Notes under the pieces: generated by a model
What the model saw: the letters and a program-made list of their open reading frames with translations, nothing else
What the model was told of the DNA's origin: nothing
The model's database searches: none
Source of the DNA: a bacterium
GTDB taxonomy: Bacteria; Hinthialibacterota; Hinthialibacteria; Hinthialibacterales; Hinthialibacteraceae
Length of the DNA: 64,000 nt
Direction: 5' to 3'
Assembly (NCBI GenBank): GCA_963663405.2
Contig: CAXXSM010000092.1
Coordinates: 64,001 to 128,000 of the forward strand
Shown here: one piece after another, positions 51,258 through 61,903 of the stretch
How positions within the stretch are numbered: position 1 is the first letter of the stretch
Layout: every line of letters starts with the position of its first letter
Position numbers and translations under genes: made by a program

Positions 51258-52130
51258 ATGGAATTACTAAATTATGTCCATCTCGAACTATTAGAGAAAC
51301 TAGATGAGGGTGTTTATTTTGTAGATAATAAACGCACGATACAGTACTGGAATCAGGGTTCGGAACGAATTACAGGATATACTAAAGAAGAAGTGATCGG
51401 TAAACACTGCATTGACAACATTCAAAATCACGTCGATGAAAATGGAAATAATTACTGCCAAACAGAATGTCCACTTCTCAAAACAATCAACACCGGTAAA
51501 TCCTGCACAATGAATCTATTCCTCCATCACAAAGATGGACACCGTGTGCCGATCTCCATGCGCTCCTTTCCAATCAAAGACTCGAATGGAAACATTCTCG
51601 GCGCGGTCGAAATCTTTAAAGGGACCAGCGAGAAGATGTTCGATGAGTCTAAGATGAAGGAATTAGCGCGGATGGCGTATATCGATCCACTGACGGGTCT
51701 ACCGAACCGTAATTTCTTATCTATGAAAATGGAAACATTCCACAAAGAAGCGGAGATCATGAATTCTTCGACCGGTTCGATCTTGTTACGAGTAAAAAAC
51801 CATGGTCAGATTGTCGATGAATATGGAGAAAAAATCGCCGGGCAAGCCCTGAAAATCACGGCCAAAACGTTGCTCCACAATTCCAAACAAAATCATCTAT
51901 TAGGGCGGTGGGATGATACTGCGTTTCTATCCTTAATCCCAGGCGCGGGTGAAGGTCTGCTCCAAACGTTGGCAAAAAAATATCTACGATTACTTGAACA
52001 TACCACCCTTTCCATCGGCCGAACCACCATTCCCATACATCCCCGCGTGAAATACAATCTCACCTCCGCGAAAATGAGCATACTCGAAAGCGTCAAACAA
52101 ATTGAAGAGATACCATATTCAGATTTGTAA
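51258..52130 (+). CDS. PAS plus degenerate GGDEF domain protein
   Basis: PAS, DPLTGLPNR; GRWDDTAF in place of RxGGxEF. Confidence 0.8.
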   Translation: MELLNYVHLELLEKLDEGVYFVDNKRTIQYWNQGSERITGYTKEEVIGKHCIDNIQNHVDENGNNYCQTECPLLKTINTGKSCTMNLFLHHKDGHRVPISMRSFPIKDSNGNILGAVEIFKGTSEKMFDESKMKELARMAYIDPLTGLPNRNFLSMKMETFHKEAEIMNSSTGSILLRVKNHGQIVDEYGEKIAGQALKITAKTLLHNSKQNHLLGRWDDTAFLSLIPGAGEGLLQTLAKKYLRLLEHTTLSIGRTTIPIHPRVKYNLTSAKMSILESVKQIEEIPYSDL

Positions 52131-52145
52131 ACGCAAATCAAATCC

Positions 52146-52826
52146 TCAAAGAATAAACTTATATCCCATCCGGTGAACCGTGATAACATGACAGGGGTTT
52201 TCGGGGTCGTCTTCGATTTTTTGGCGGAGTTTGGCGATGTGGTTGTCGACGGTACGGGTGGTGGGGAAGTTGGTGTAGCCCCAGACTTGTTCTAGAAATT
52301 GCTCGCGGGTGACGATTTCGCCTTGGTTCTCGACAAACAGGCGCATCATCTCAAATTCACGAGGGGACATCTCGATGGGTTTCCCATCCTTGCTCGCTTG
52401 ATACCGGTCGAAATTCAGGGTGATATCGCCGAAAGAAAATTCATGGACGCTGGGGGGATCTGTCTTCACGCGGCGCAGAATCGCTTTTACCCGCGCCAGC
52501 ATCTCCCGCAGACTGAACGGTTTGGTAATGTAATCGTCCGCGCCCGCTTCAAGGCCGGCGATTTTATCCTCCTCCGCCCCGCGTGCGGTGAGCATAACGA
52601 TCGGCGTCGTCGAACCGGATTCCTTTAGATGCTTGCAGACCTCCATCCCATCCATGCCGGGCAGCATGAGATCGAGGAGGATAAGATCGAACGGCTCTTT
52701 CTGCGCCAGCCGCAATCCCTCCGTCCCATTCGCGGTCGTGACCGTTTCGTAATTTTCAAATTCGAGATTGTCCTGCAATCCCCGCCGCATATCCGGTTCG
52801 TCTTCAATGATGAGTATGCGCGTCAT
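52146..52826 (-). CDS. OmpR-family response regulator
   Basis: LLDLMLP, GADDYITKPF, TRTVDNHIAKLRQK. Confidence 0.95.
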   Translation of the reverse strand: MTRILIIEDEPDMRRGLQDNLEFENYETVTTANGTEGLRLAQKEPFDLILLDLMLPGMDGMEVCKHLKESGSTTPIVMLTARGAEEDKIAGLEAGADDYITKPFSLREMLARVKAILRRVKTDPPSVHEFSFGDITLNFDRYQASKDGKPIEMSPREFEMMRLFVENQGEIVTREQFLEQVWGYTNFPTTRTVDNHIAKLRQKIEDDPENPCHVITVHRMGYKFIL

Positions 52827-53119
52827 TCTTACTTCTCTCTTCACTCAATTGATAATTGTTTTATCTTAGCGTTTTTTTCAATCGGCGTTTCTATATTCTA
52901 CTCCCGGATTGTAAAAAGATGTACGGACTCGATCTACCAACCAAATGACCATTTTCCTTTCTGCATAGTTTTTTTTTGCATTGACCATCATGATTCATGA
53001 TTATTGTATGCAATAAAATGGCTGTTTTTCAATGGTTTTTTTGCATAAAAGGGTTTTCCAGATTATGGAAAAAAGGTATAACATGCTAAGAACCATTAAT
53101 GATACAAGGGGAGAAAAAC

Positions 53120-54979
53120 ATGCTTAAACTCAGTGGATTTGGTGATGAGATCGTTGAAGATTTTGAAGGCCAGCTGCGTGAAATGCGCAAGATGAATCTC
53201 AATCACATCGCCCTGCGCAATTTATGGGGCGTCAACATTCTCGATTTGAACGCCAACCAGAAAACCAAAGCGCGAAATCTTCTCCGGAAATACGGCATGG
53301 GCGTATCCGAAATCGGCACGCCGTTAGGCAAAGTCATGATCACCAGCTCGTGGAAGAAAGAATGGACGCGGTACGAAAAAGCGATTGAGATGGCGCACTT
53401 CTTTAATTGCCCCCGTATCCGCATGTTCTCATTCTATTTCCCAAAAGGCGATCCGCCCGAAAAACACCGCGCGACCGTGATGAAACGCTTGAAAGAAATG
53501 GCGGATCGGGCGGAGAAAGAGAATATCCTCCTGCTGCATGAGAACGAAGCCAACATCTATGGCGACACCGGCATCCGCTGTAAAGACCTGGTCGAAACGA
53601 TCGATTCCCCTAATTTCAAACTCATTTTCGATCCCGCCAATTATGTTTTCATTGGAACCGAAGCGTTTACGCAGTGGTATGAAATGCAGGCTGAACACAT
53701 CGCCCATTTGCACATCAAAGATGTCACCTTCGATATCGAATTCACTCCCCCCGGCAAGGGAGATAGTGAGATTCCCGAGCTGATCGAAGCGCTCGCGAAA
53801 AAGGGATTTGACGGCTACGCCACAATGGAACCGCACCTTGCCCGCGGCGGCCAGTTTGGCGGTTTCTCCGGGTCGGAGCCGTTCGCCGAAGCGACGGAAG
53901 CGTTCCGAAAAATCTGTGACAATGCGGGGATGGAACACCGCGAAGTCCGCACGAGCGTCATCGGCATGGGCTTCATCGGCATGTTCCACTGCGACAGCAT
54001 GCTGGAAGTCCCCCAAGCGCATCTCGTAGCGGTGGCGGACATTCAAAAAGTTCCAAATCTGAAAAAAGCTCAGACGAAATTCAACGTCATGGCATACGAC
54101 AATCCCACCGAGATGATGAAACGGGATGATATCGATATGGTCACCCTCGGCACGCCCAGCGGACTGCACTGTGAATGGACCGTCAAAGCGGCGAACCAGA
54201 AAAAACATGTCCTGACCGAGAAACCGATCGAGGTCTCTTTAGAGAAAGCGGACAAAATGATCAAAGCCTGCCGCGACAACAGCGTCAAACTGGGCGTCAT
54301 CTCCCAACGCCGCTGGGATCCTGGCGTGCGGGAACTGAAGGAAGCGATCGAGCAGGGGAAATTGGGGAAACTCATCTTGGGTGACGCCTATATTAAATGG
54401 TACCGCACGCAGGAATACTACGACAGCGGTGGATGGCGCGGCACGTGGAAACTCGATGGCGGCGGCTGTTTAATGAACCAGAGTGTCCACACGGTCGATT
54501 GCCTCCAATGGGTTATGGACGATGATGTTGTCAGCGTCACCGCGCAGACCGTCCTGGCCGCGCATAAAAAGATCGAAGTCGAGGATATCGCCCACGCGCT
54601 GCTGAAATTCAAAAATGGAGCTCTCGGAACCATTGTCTCCTCCACCGCCGTCTATCCGGGTATGGAAGAGCGGATCGAAGTTTCCGGAACCAAGGGCACG
54701 ATCATGATCGAGAAGAACCAGATTGTCGTGCGGGAGATCATGGGTGAGAAGAAAGCCGAAAAAGAAGAAACCACCGAACGGGGCAGCGGCGCCGCCGACG
54801 CCCAAGCCATCACCAACGAAGGCCACGTCGCCCAAATCACAGACTTCTGCCAAGCCATCCTCGAAGACCGCGATCCCCTCATCACCGGCGAAGCCGGCCG
54901 CAAACCTTTGGAGATCATCCTCGCGGTCTATAAATCAGCCAAAACGGGGAAGACGGTGACGCTGCCTTTGAAAAAGTAA
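53120..54979 (+). CDS. Fusion: sugar phosphate isomerase/epimerase (AP_endonuc_2 TIM barrel) plus Gfo/Idh/MocA dehydrogenase
   Basis: LSGFGDEI, HENE, FDPANY, HIKD, MEPHL; then VIGMG, TPSGLH, EKP, DGGGCLMNQSVH. Confidence 0.85.
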   Translation: MLKLSGFGDEIVEDFEGQLREMRKMNLNHIALRNLWGVNILDLNANQKTKARNLLRKYGMGVSEIGTPLGKVMITSSWKKEWTRYEKAIEMAHFFNCPRIRMFSFYFPKGDPPEKHRATVMKRLKEMADRAEKENILLLHENEANIYGDTGIRCKDLVETIDSPNFKLIFDPANYVFIGTEAFTQWYEMQAEHIAHLHIKDVTFDIEFTPPGKGDSEIPELIEALAKKGFDGYATMEPHLARGGQFGGFSGSEPFAEATEAFRKICDNAGMEHREVRTSVIGMGFIGMFHCDSMLEVPQAHLVAVADIQKVPNLKKAQTKFNVMAYDNPTEMMKRDDIDMVTLGTPSGLHCEWTVKAANQKKHVLTEKPIEVSLEKADKMIKACRDNSVKLGVISQRRWDPGVRELKEAIEQGKLGKLILGDAYIKWYRTQEYYDSGGWRGTWKLDGGGCLMNQSVHTVDCLQWVMDDDVVSVTAQTVLAAHKKIEVEDIAHALLKFKNGALGTIVSSTAVYPGMEERIEVSGTKGTIMIEKNQIVVREIMGEKKAEKEETTERGSGAADAQAITNEGHVAQITDFCQAILEDRDPLITGEAGRKPLEIILAVYKSAKTGKTVTLPLKK

Positions 54980-55101
54980 GTTTTCGAAAGCGATTCTGAT
55001 TTTTTTTTCAGGGATGGTTATTTGATGTGAATAGAGATTCACGCTAAATAGGGATCGTTGTATGATACCTAAATCATTAATCGATTGATCGGAGGAAAAC
55101 C

Positions 55102-56247
55102 ATGAAATCCTTCATCTTTACAATATTTCTCATTTTTATTTCCACAAACGCATTTCCCCAGAACATTAACACACCAGAGAACTTCCCCGATCCGAACTTT
55201 CGGGCGGCGGTTGAGAAATTTATGGGGGTGGCGCCGGGCGGCGAATTCACGGCGGCGAAAGCCTCTATAAAAGATGGGACATTGGATTGTTCCTGCTATT
55301 ACCTTGAGCAAAAAATTGAAGATATGACTGGGATAGAACATTTTCCCGCGTTAACTGGACTCTACTGCTGGAACAATCAATTAACCAGCCTGGATGTCTC
55401 CCACAACACCGCTTTGGAATTGCTCTACTGCGCGGAGAATCAATTAAGCAGCCTAGATGTCTCCAACAATCTCGCTTTAACTCAATTCTGGTGCGGTGGT
55501 AATCAATTAACCAGCCTGGATGTCTCCCACAACACCGCTTTGAAAAACCTCAATTGCGGGTACAATCAACTAACCAGCCTGGATGTCTCTAACAACCCCG
55601 CTTTGACTAACCTCTACTGCTATGAAAATCAATTAACCAGCCTGGATGTCTCCAACAACATTGCTTTGACTTATCTCAGCTGTGGTTTTAATCAATTAAC
55701 CAGCCTGGATGTCTCCAACAACATTGCTTTGACTTATCTCAGCTGTGGTTGGAATAAATCAACCAGCCTGGATGTCTCCGGAACCACTACTTTGGAACAG
55801 CTCTATTGCGACTGCAATCAATTAACTAGTCTGGACGTCTCCCACAACACCGCTTTGATAGACCTTAATTGCGGGTACAATCAACTAACCAACCTGGACG
55901 TCTCCCACAACACCGCTTTGAAAAACCTCAATTGCGGTGGAAATCAATTAACCAACCTGGACGTCTCCCACAACACCGCTTTGACTATACTCGACTGCTA
56001 TGAAAATCAATTAACCAGCCTTTCAAGTCTTGTAACCAACGAAGGTCTTGGGCCAGGAGACGAAGTGGATATTCGAAACAATTACATTGGTTGTGTTGAT
56101 CCTGACGCCTCTATGAGTGATATCCAAATTCTTGTAGAGCGATTTGGTGAGGCCGTCTTCGACACCTGGGGAAATCTTGAATCCGGTTTCGCCTTCTCAC
56201 CCCAGAAAAGATGTGAAACGGCGGTATTGGCTTGGTCCTTGCATTGA
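55102..56247 (+). CDS. Secreted leucine-rich-repeat protein with C-terminal tail motif
   Basis: Signal peptide, FPDPNFR cap, ten 21-aa LRRs; ends TAVLAWSLH. Confidence 0.92.
   Translation: MKSFIFTIFLIFISTNAFPQNINTPENFPDPNFRAAVEKFMGVAPGGEFTAAKASIKDGTLDCSCYYLEQKIEDMTGIEHFPALTGLYCWNNQLTSLDVSHNTALELLYCAENQLSSLDVSNNLALTQFWCGGNQLTSLDVSHNTALKNLNCGYNQLTSLDVSNNPALTNLYCYENQLTSLDVSNNIALTYLSCGFNQLTSLDVSNNIALTYLSCGWNKSTSLDVSGTTTLEQLYCDCNQLTSLDVSHNTALIDLNCGYNQLTNLDVSHNTALKNLNCGGNQLTNLDVSHNTALTILDCYENQLTSLSSLVTNEGLGPGDEVDIRNNYIGCVDPDASMSDIQILVERFGEAVFDTWGNLESGFAFSPQKRCETAVLAWSLH
55375..56020 (+). repeat. Intragenic 63-bp tandem repeat (10 full units plus partial)
   Basis: AATCAATTAACCAGCCTGGATGTCTCC recurs at 55375, 55438, 55501 ... 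56005. Confidence 0.92.
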
Positions 56248-56410
56248 GAAAAAAATGAGGGGTTAATTGACGAGAACAGCGTTTCACGCTAACTAGTGAA
56301 TTTTCTGCTTATGAAAATGGCCGGAATCAATAAGATTCCATTTCCATATTTTTCAATCTGCGCGAATTATCAAGTCTCAGTAATTCCACTCGCAAGAAGA
56401 GGAACACGTT

Positions 56411-56953
56411 GTGTGTCGAGAAGCATTTCTCTCCAGCCTTCAATCCTACACACCTTCCAATGAAAAAGAGATACAGTTTAAAGATTCAATCATAGAGTTT
56501 GTAAGAATAAATCCTTCCTGCTTCGAGAGATCGTCTGAAGATGGACATATCACAGGCTCCGCGTTTATTCTTGATTCCAATAGACATTTTGTATTGTTAA
56601 CTCATCATCGTAAATTGAACAAATGGCTGCAGCCTGGTGGACATGCGGATGGGGAATGCGACATTTATCAGGCAGCGCTGCGGGAAGCGAGGGAAGAATC
56701 AGGACTGAAAAGCATCAAGCCCATTTCGAAACAGATTTTTGACATCGATATCCATCCAATTCCGGCGCACGGGAATGAACGCGAACATCTTCATTACGAT
56801 ATTCGATATCTATTTGAAGCGGACCGCGAAGAGGAAATCATTGTTAGCGATGAATCCAACACCGTTGAGTGGAAGCCCATTTGTGATATCGATACGTTGT
56901 CATTCAATGAATCGATCATTAGAATGGTTCAAAAAATCATTGGGATGAAATGA
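56411..56953 (+). CDS. NUDIX hydrolase
   Basis: GHITGSA, WLQPGGHAD, ALREAREESGL, HYDIRY. Confidence 0.92.
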   Translation: MCREAFLSSLQSYTPSNEKEIQFKDSIIEFVRINPSCFERSSEDGHITGSAFILDSNRHFVLLTHHRKLNKWLQPGGHADGECDIYQAALREAREESGLKSIKPISKQIFDIDIHPIPAHGNEREHLHYDIRYLFEADREEEIIVSDESNTVEWKPICDIDTLSFNESIIRMVQKIIGMK

Positions 56954-57065
56954 TTTTTCATGATATTGTTGCTTAAAAGCGCCAAGTTGTCGGCATCGAA
57001 AAATCCTTGCACTCGCTTAAACGCGCATGAAAATCAAGCGACCCTAATGTTCTTCCCATGAGTTC

Positions 57066-58088
57066 ATGATGGCTATTCAAAATCGTTTAATCCTTTCCGT
57101 TTTGATTCTAGGTCTATTCGTAGAATTTTCTCGAGCTCAAATCTATCCAGAAAAAGAGTATTTTAATTCCGAAGACCAATCGATTGATACCTATTTCATC
57201 TCAGACGATCATTCACTCATCGTTTTAGGATCCGAGATGGTTCGAATTCTCGACGCAGCCACCAGCGATACGATTCAGACAATTGATCTGAAAGGAAAAC
57301 GCGCAAGGAGTCTGTCTCTATCACCGGACAATCAAAAATTACTGATAGGTCTCGATCGAGCGAAAGTCAAATTATGGGATGTCAATAACAATGTAGAAGA
57401 ATACACATTTGAAACATCAACTAAAAACGCTATTTATTTAGGTGGCCCAGCGCCTGTAGTTGCAACGGCCTTCCATCCAGACAATAATATATTTGCAACT
57501 GAAGAGAATTATCCTGCAGAATCATATTTGCAAATTTGGGATATGGTGAACCGAGTAGAATTATTAAGAGTAATGAAACATACCCCTGTGGAGAGATTAA
57601 TTTTTTCAAAAGATGGTAGGTACCTGTTAGAACGCTCTCTCCAAGATTCACGCGTCATATCTACTGAAACAGGAGAAATTCTACTTGATGTGAGTGGCGC
57701 AGGAGGAGTACTGTCAGATGATGGTAATAGTTTGTATATTGTTAATACTGGAAGCAAACCTGGTGAAACAGCCATTTTACGAAAATATGAAATAAGTAGT
57801 GATAAGATAACTTATACATCCGATGAATTTATGTCACTTGGTCCATATATTGAAGTTCTTCCAAATGGAAAATACCTATTAGCGCTGGATGAATCATAGA
57901 CCTCATTAGTAATACTCGATATAGAAAACAACGATATTACGCATACACTTGAAAACAAGAATAATGACGAGATTAAATACCACTCCTTTTGGAACAGCGC
58001 AAATCTGGTTTATGCTTTAAGTGGAAACAAAGTCTATAAATGGAAAATTCCCGGCTTAGATTCAGCTGTAGATTATCCTTTTTTCTAG
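57066..58088 (+). pseudogene. Secreted WD40-like protein interrupted by an in-frame TAG
   Basis: Signal peptide, SLSPDNQK...KLWD; the frame continues 62 codons after TAG 57897-57899 to ...VYKWKIPGLDSAVDYPFF*. Confidence 0.75.
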
Positions 58089-58285
58089 ATATCGAGGCTG
58101 ATAGCGTTCAAGAATGGGGAAAAAACACTTTCCTATTGTTTCCCGGCGATTCCTCCCAAACCATAAAAATCCTACATCCCCAATTTTTTGCGAAACTATT
58201 TCCAGGCGCCTTCGTTTTTATGAGGGGGATCGATATTCTATTTTGGGATCGGTTGGATCGATTCCATTGAAACAAAGAGATTGAC

Positions 58286-59059
58286 GTGGGAGTGGTTATG
58301 AGCGCGCAAACGGCGGATACGCTGTCCAATACACAGGTTTCGAATGAGAGCCATGTGGATTTCCGCAGGTTCTTTTTAATTGTTTTTAGTGTTGTGGCGG
58401 GGGTAATCCTCGTTGAAATGACGCTGACGATACTTATTGTCAATGTCATAGGCTATCAAGATCTTCCTATCCGGGGCGAGATGATACGGGACGACAAAGG
58501 AGAACCCTATTTCGAACCGTACTACTCCAATCTCTATTTCCGTTTCCGGGTAGATGAGAACCGCAGAGAACAGCCCACCGAGACGAAACTCACGCGCGCC
58601 GGCGGATTGGCGACGGGGATCTTCTTCTACACCGTTCTGAACGCGCCCCATTGGATCTGGGAGATGAAATTCCGCAACATCGGCGCCATGGCCGCGATCC
58701 CCTTTATTGGAATCGTCTTTGCCTGTTTTTTCTTATACGCGAATTATCTACCCAACCGGCTGAAACCATGTGACAAAGCGGTGGCGTTTTGTACGACGGT
58801 GGGGATTCTGCATAGCTTAATTGTAGGCGCTCTGCTTTTTCTCATCCAATTGTTAGGTCTGATCTGGCCGGATGCGGCGAGCCTTTACGAGTATCCCACA
58901 GTTTATTATGGGCAATTCACCGGCGCCCTTTTGCCCGCCGCTGTCATCATGTTTCTCACTGGCATTGTTTATGGAACCATCACCGGCGTTCTCCTATACC
59001 CGTTCGCGGGCTATGTCACAGCGTTCAACCAGGAATTGGAAAAAGCCAGGAAGGAATAA
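58286..59059 (+). CDS. Hypothetical membrane protein
   Basis: Several hydrophobic segments; stop 3 bp before the next gene. Confidence 0.7.
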   Translation: MGVVMSAQTADTLSNTQVSNESHVDFRRFFLIVFSVVAGVILVEMTLTILIVNVIGYQDLPIRGEMIRDDKGEPYFEPYYSNLYFRFRVDENRREQPTETKLTRAGGLATGIFFYTVLNAPHWIWEMKFRNIGAMAAIPFIGIVFACFFLYANYLPNRLKPCDKAVAFCTTVGILHSLIVGALLFLIQLLGLIWPDAASLYEYPTVYYGQFTGALLPAAVIMFLTGIVYGTITGVLLYPFAGYVTAFNQELEKARKE

Positions 59060-59062
59060 TCG

Positions 59063-60685
59063 ATGTGGCGCCGATGGCTTCCACTGCGTTCCGTCCAATG
59101 GAGCCTCGCCGCATTCCTCATTACGCTCCACTTCACACTCGGTATAACCAGCGCTTTGAAAAAAGCGCCCACTGCGGATGAATACTCCTACATCGCCACT
59201 GCCTACATTTATGTAAAAACCGGCGATTTCCGTCTCGACCGCACCCACCCGCCTCTCATTCGTCTTCTAATTGGCTTGCCGCTTCAATTGACTAAACCTT
59301 GGCTGCCCCCCCTCCAGCGGAACCAGTGGGATTCTCCCATGAGTTACACGTACGGTTACCGCCTTGGGTGGGAGATGCTGCTCGCTGGACGCAACGCCTG
59401 GGAGCCAATTCTGCTGCTTGCGCGAATCCCCATCCTTCTGCTTTCGTGCGGTCTCGCATTGCTGCTCTATCTTTGGGCGCGGGATTTGTATGGAGACGCG
59501 GGCGGGTTGCTCTCGCTCTTCTTGTATTGTGTCTCTCCCAATATGCTGGCGCACGCCCGGCTTGCGACGATGGACGTAGGACTCTGTTTTTTCTTCTTCG
59601 CCGCACTCTTCGCATTCTATCACTATTGGAAAACACGCCGCGTGCGTGATCTTGTCCTAGCGGGCGCGATAACAGGATGCGCGCTCGCGGCGAAAGTAAC
59701 CGCCGTTCTGCTGCTTCCCCTGCTCGCGGCCGGATTGTTATGGACCTTCGCGCAAAAAGGTGTTTCGCTGAAAACAATCCCTCCCGCGCAATACATTAGC
59801 CGTCTCTCCATCCTGCTGGTCAGCGCTTTGGCCGCGTTGCTGCTCATTTATGGTTTCCCATTCAAGCCTTGTTATTATCTTGATACGGTCTCCAACGTCT
59901 TTTTTAAAGCCACGCATTCCGGCGCGGGAGGAAATGAGATCGCAGGGATGCCTCACCTGAATTACGCGTACTACCTCTTGGGGAATTATTCATCCAAGGG
60001 ATGGCCATATTATTTCCTGATCGCCGCGTTGGTGAAAACGCCATTACCAGTTCTTCTTGCGCCGCTTGGTTTATTTCTAGTGAAGCGTAAAAAATGGATG
60101 GGGGCGCCGGATGTGTTGATTCTCGGCGCGATCGGGATTTTGCATGTGGCGGCGATGTTCAACCGCATGAATATCGGTCTTCGGCACGTGCTTCCCTTTT
60201 ATCCGTTTCTATTCCTTTATCTAGGCCGGTTAGTCTTCATCGAAAAACGATGGATCAAACAGAGCGTTCTCATCCCTCTCACCATTTGGGCGTTGGTGGA
60301 TTGTCTCTGGATCTATCCTGATTACCTCGCCTATTTCAATCCACTCGCAGGTGGACCGGCGAATGGGCAGGCGATTCTCGACGATTCAAATATCGATTGG
60401 GGACAGGATTTAGCCCGGTTGGGGCCGGTACGAAACCAATATCCAAACGAACCATTTTACGTCGCGACAAATTGGATGTTCGAACCAAAAGCGTTCCACA
60501 TCGACGCCCAACGTCTGCAAGAAGACCAGATCGCCTCTCCCCCAAAAGGCGTTGTAGCGGTGGGAAAACATTGGGCCATCCGGCGCCGGATCTTTAAAGG
60601 CTCTTCAACCTATTTCGACTGGTTTGAAAAATATGAGCCGATCGGTCACGTAGGCCATTCGATTTTGCTGTACCGGTTTGAGTGA
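59063..60685 (+). CDS. Glycosyltransferase family 39 (ArnT/PMT-like) membrane protein
   Basis: PTADE, HPPL, PNMLAHARLATMD, IGLRH, DSNIDWGQDL. Confidence 0.88.
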   Translation: MWRRWLPLRSVQWSLAAFLITLHFTLGITSALKKAPTADEYSYIATAYIYVKTGDFRLDRTHPPLIRLLIGLPLQLTKPWLPPLQRNQWDSPMSYTYGYRLGWEMLLAGRNAWEPILLLARIPILLLSCGLALLLYLWARDLYGDAGGLLSLFLYCVSPNMLAHARLATMDVGLCFFFFAALFAFYHYWKTRRVRDLVLAGAITGCALAAKVTAVLLLPLLAAGLLWTFAQKGVSLKTIPPAQYISRLSILLVSALAALLLIYGFPFKPCYYLDTVSNVFFKATHSGAGGNEIAGMPHLNYAYYLLGNYSSKGWPYYFLIAALVKTPLPVLLAPLGLFLVKRKKWMGAPDVLILGAIGILHVAAMFNRMNIGLRHVLPFYPFLFLYLGRLVFIEKRWIKQSVLIPLTIWALVDCLWIYPDYLAYFNPLAGGPANGQAILDDSNIDWGQDLARLGPVRNQYPNEPFYVATNWMFEPKAFHIDAQRLQEDQIASPPKGVVAVGKHWAIRRRIFKGSSTYFDWFEKYEPIGHVGHSILLYRFE

Positions 60686-60750
60686 AACAATGGGGGAAAA
60701 GAGAAAAAGATCGACTCAATTCAACCTTGATCGGAATTATACACATTGCT

Positions 60751-60795
60751 CCCAGGATTAAAATCCTGGGCTATTATCTTTTGTCCCAAAGGGAC
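60751..60795. repeat. REP-like double hairpin between convergent genes
   Basis: CCCAGGAT-TAAA-ATCCTGGG and GTCCC-AAA-GGGAC. Confidence 0.5.
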
Positions 60796-60886
60796 TTTAG
60801 CTACTCGCTTTTCATAGCTTTGTAATCTAGCAATATATGATTAAGAAGGCTTATTATTACGTATTCACAGATCAGATAATCCACAA

Positions 60887-61903
60887 TTACTTGATTAAAA
60901 CAGTTTTTCCTTTTTTCGCGGACTCATAGGCGCCCAAGACAACTTTCATGGAAGCGATGCCCGCGTCGAGTCCCATTGCAGGTTGTTCGCCCTTGCGAAC
61001 AGCTTTCACAAATTCATCGATCTCAATTGTCCAGCCGCCCTCCGTCGGTTTATTCTCTAGAATTTTGGTCCGGCTGATTCGCTTACCGGAAGGCGTTGTT
61101 GTCCCTTTGATCGTATAGGCGGTCGTGTTGTAATCGACGACTAACGCGCCTTCACTTCCATAAATCTCCACACCAGAGAATCCCTGCTTGGTCGTCCATC
61201 CCACTTCGGCGTATCCTAACCGCTTCTCATTAAACGCGAATTGCAGGATCGCATTATCTTCCAAAGGGATATCTTTGGCGAGAGTGCCGGTCATTGCATT
61301 GACCTTCGTGATCGCGCCAAAGAAAAACGCGGCGAGATCGATAGCGTGAATGCCCATATCGAACATAGCCCCACCGAAAGCCGTATCCGGTTTATAAAAC
61401 CAATCGCTCATCGCCCAGCCGGGAATCGGACCTTGATGCGCAAATCGGACGCGAATCATGAACGGCTCTCCAATGATTCCTTTATCCAATTCCCGCTTGG
61501 CTTTCATATTGCCTTTCAGCAGCCGGTTGCTGAACGCCACCATAAAGATCGTCCCCGCTTTATCCGCCGCCTTTTTAATCGCGGTCACTTCTTTCATACT
61601 CACGCAAATCGGTTTTTCACAAAGCACATGACAGCCCAGTTTCAAAGCCGCAATGGCCTGTTCAGCATGAAAACGATTGGGCGAACAGACGGTGACAAGA
61701 TCAGGCTTTTCTTTGTCCAGCATCTCCATCGGATCCTGATATCCTTTGTCGATACCGAATTTCTCACAAGCGGATTTTAAGTTCTCTGGAGAAGGATCGG
61801 CGATGGCGGAAAGCTCACACCATCTATTTTTCTGATAACCAGGAATATGACAATGATGGGCGATCGCCCCGCATCCAATCACAACAGCTCGCATTTTTTT
61901 CAT
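60887..61903 (-). CDS. Gfo/Idh/MocA family oxidoreductase
   Basis: VIGCGAIA, HVLCEKP, GGAMFDMGIH. Confidence 0.92.
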   Translation of the reverse strand: MKKMRAVVIGCGAIAHHCHIPGYQKNRWCELSAIADPSPENLKSACEKFGIDKGYQDPMEMLDKEKPDLVTVCSPNRFHAEQAIAALKLGCHVLCEKPICVSMKEVTAIKKAADKAGTIFMVAFSNRLLKGNMKAKRELDKGIIGEPFMIRVRFAHQGPIPGWAMSDWFYKPDTAFGGAMFDMGIHAIDLAAFFFGAITKVNAMTGTLAKDIPLEDNAILQFAFNEKRLGYAEVGWTTKQGFSGVEIYGSEGALVVDYNTTAYTIKGTTTPSGKRISRTKILENKPTEGGWTIEIDEFVKAVRKGEQPAMGLDAGIASMKVVLGAYESAKKGKTVLIK

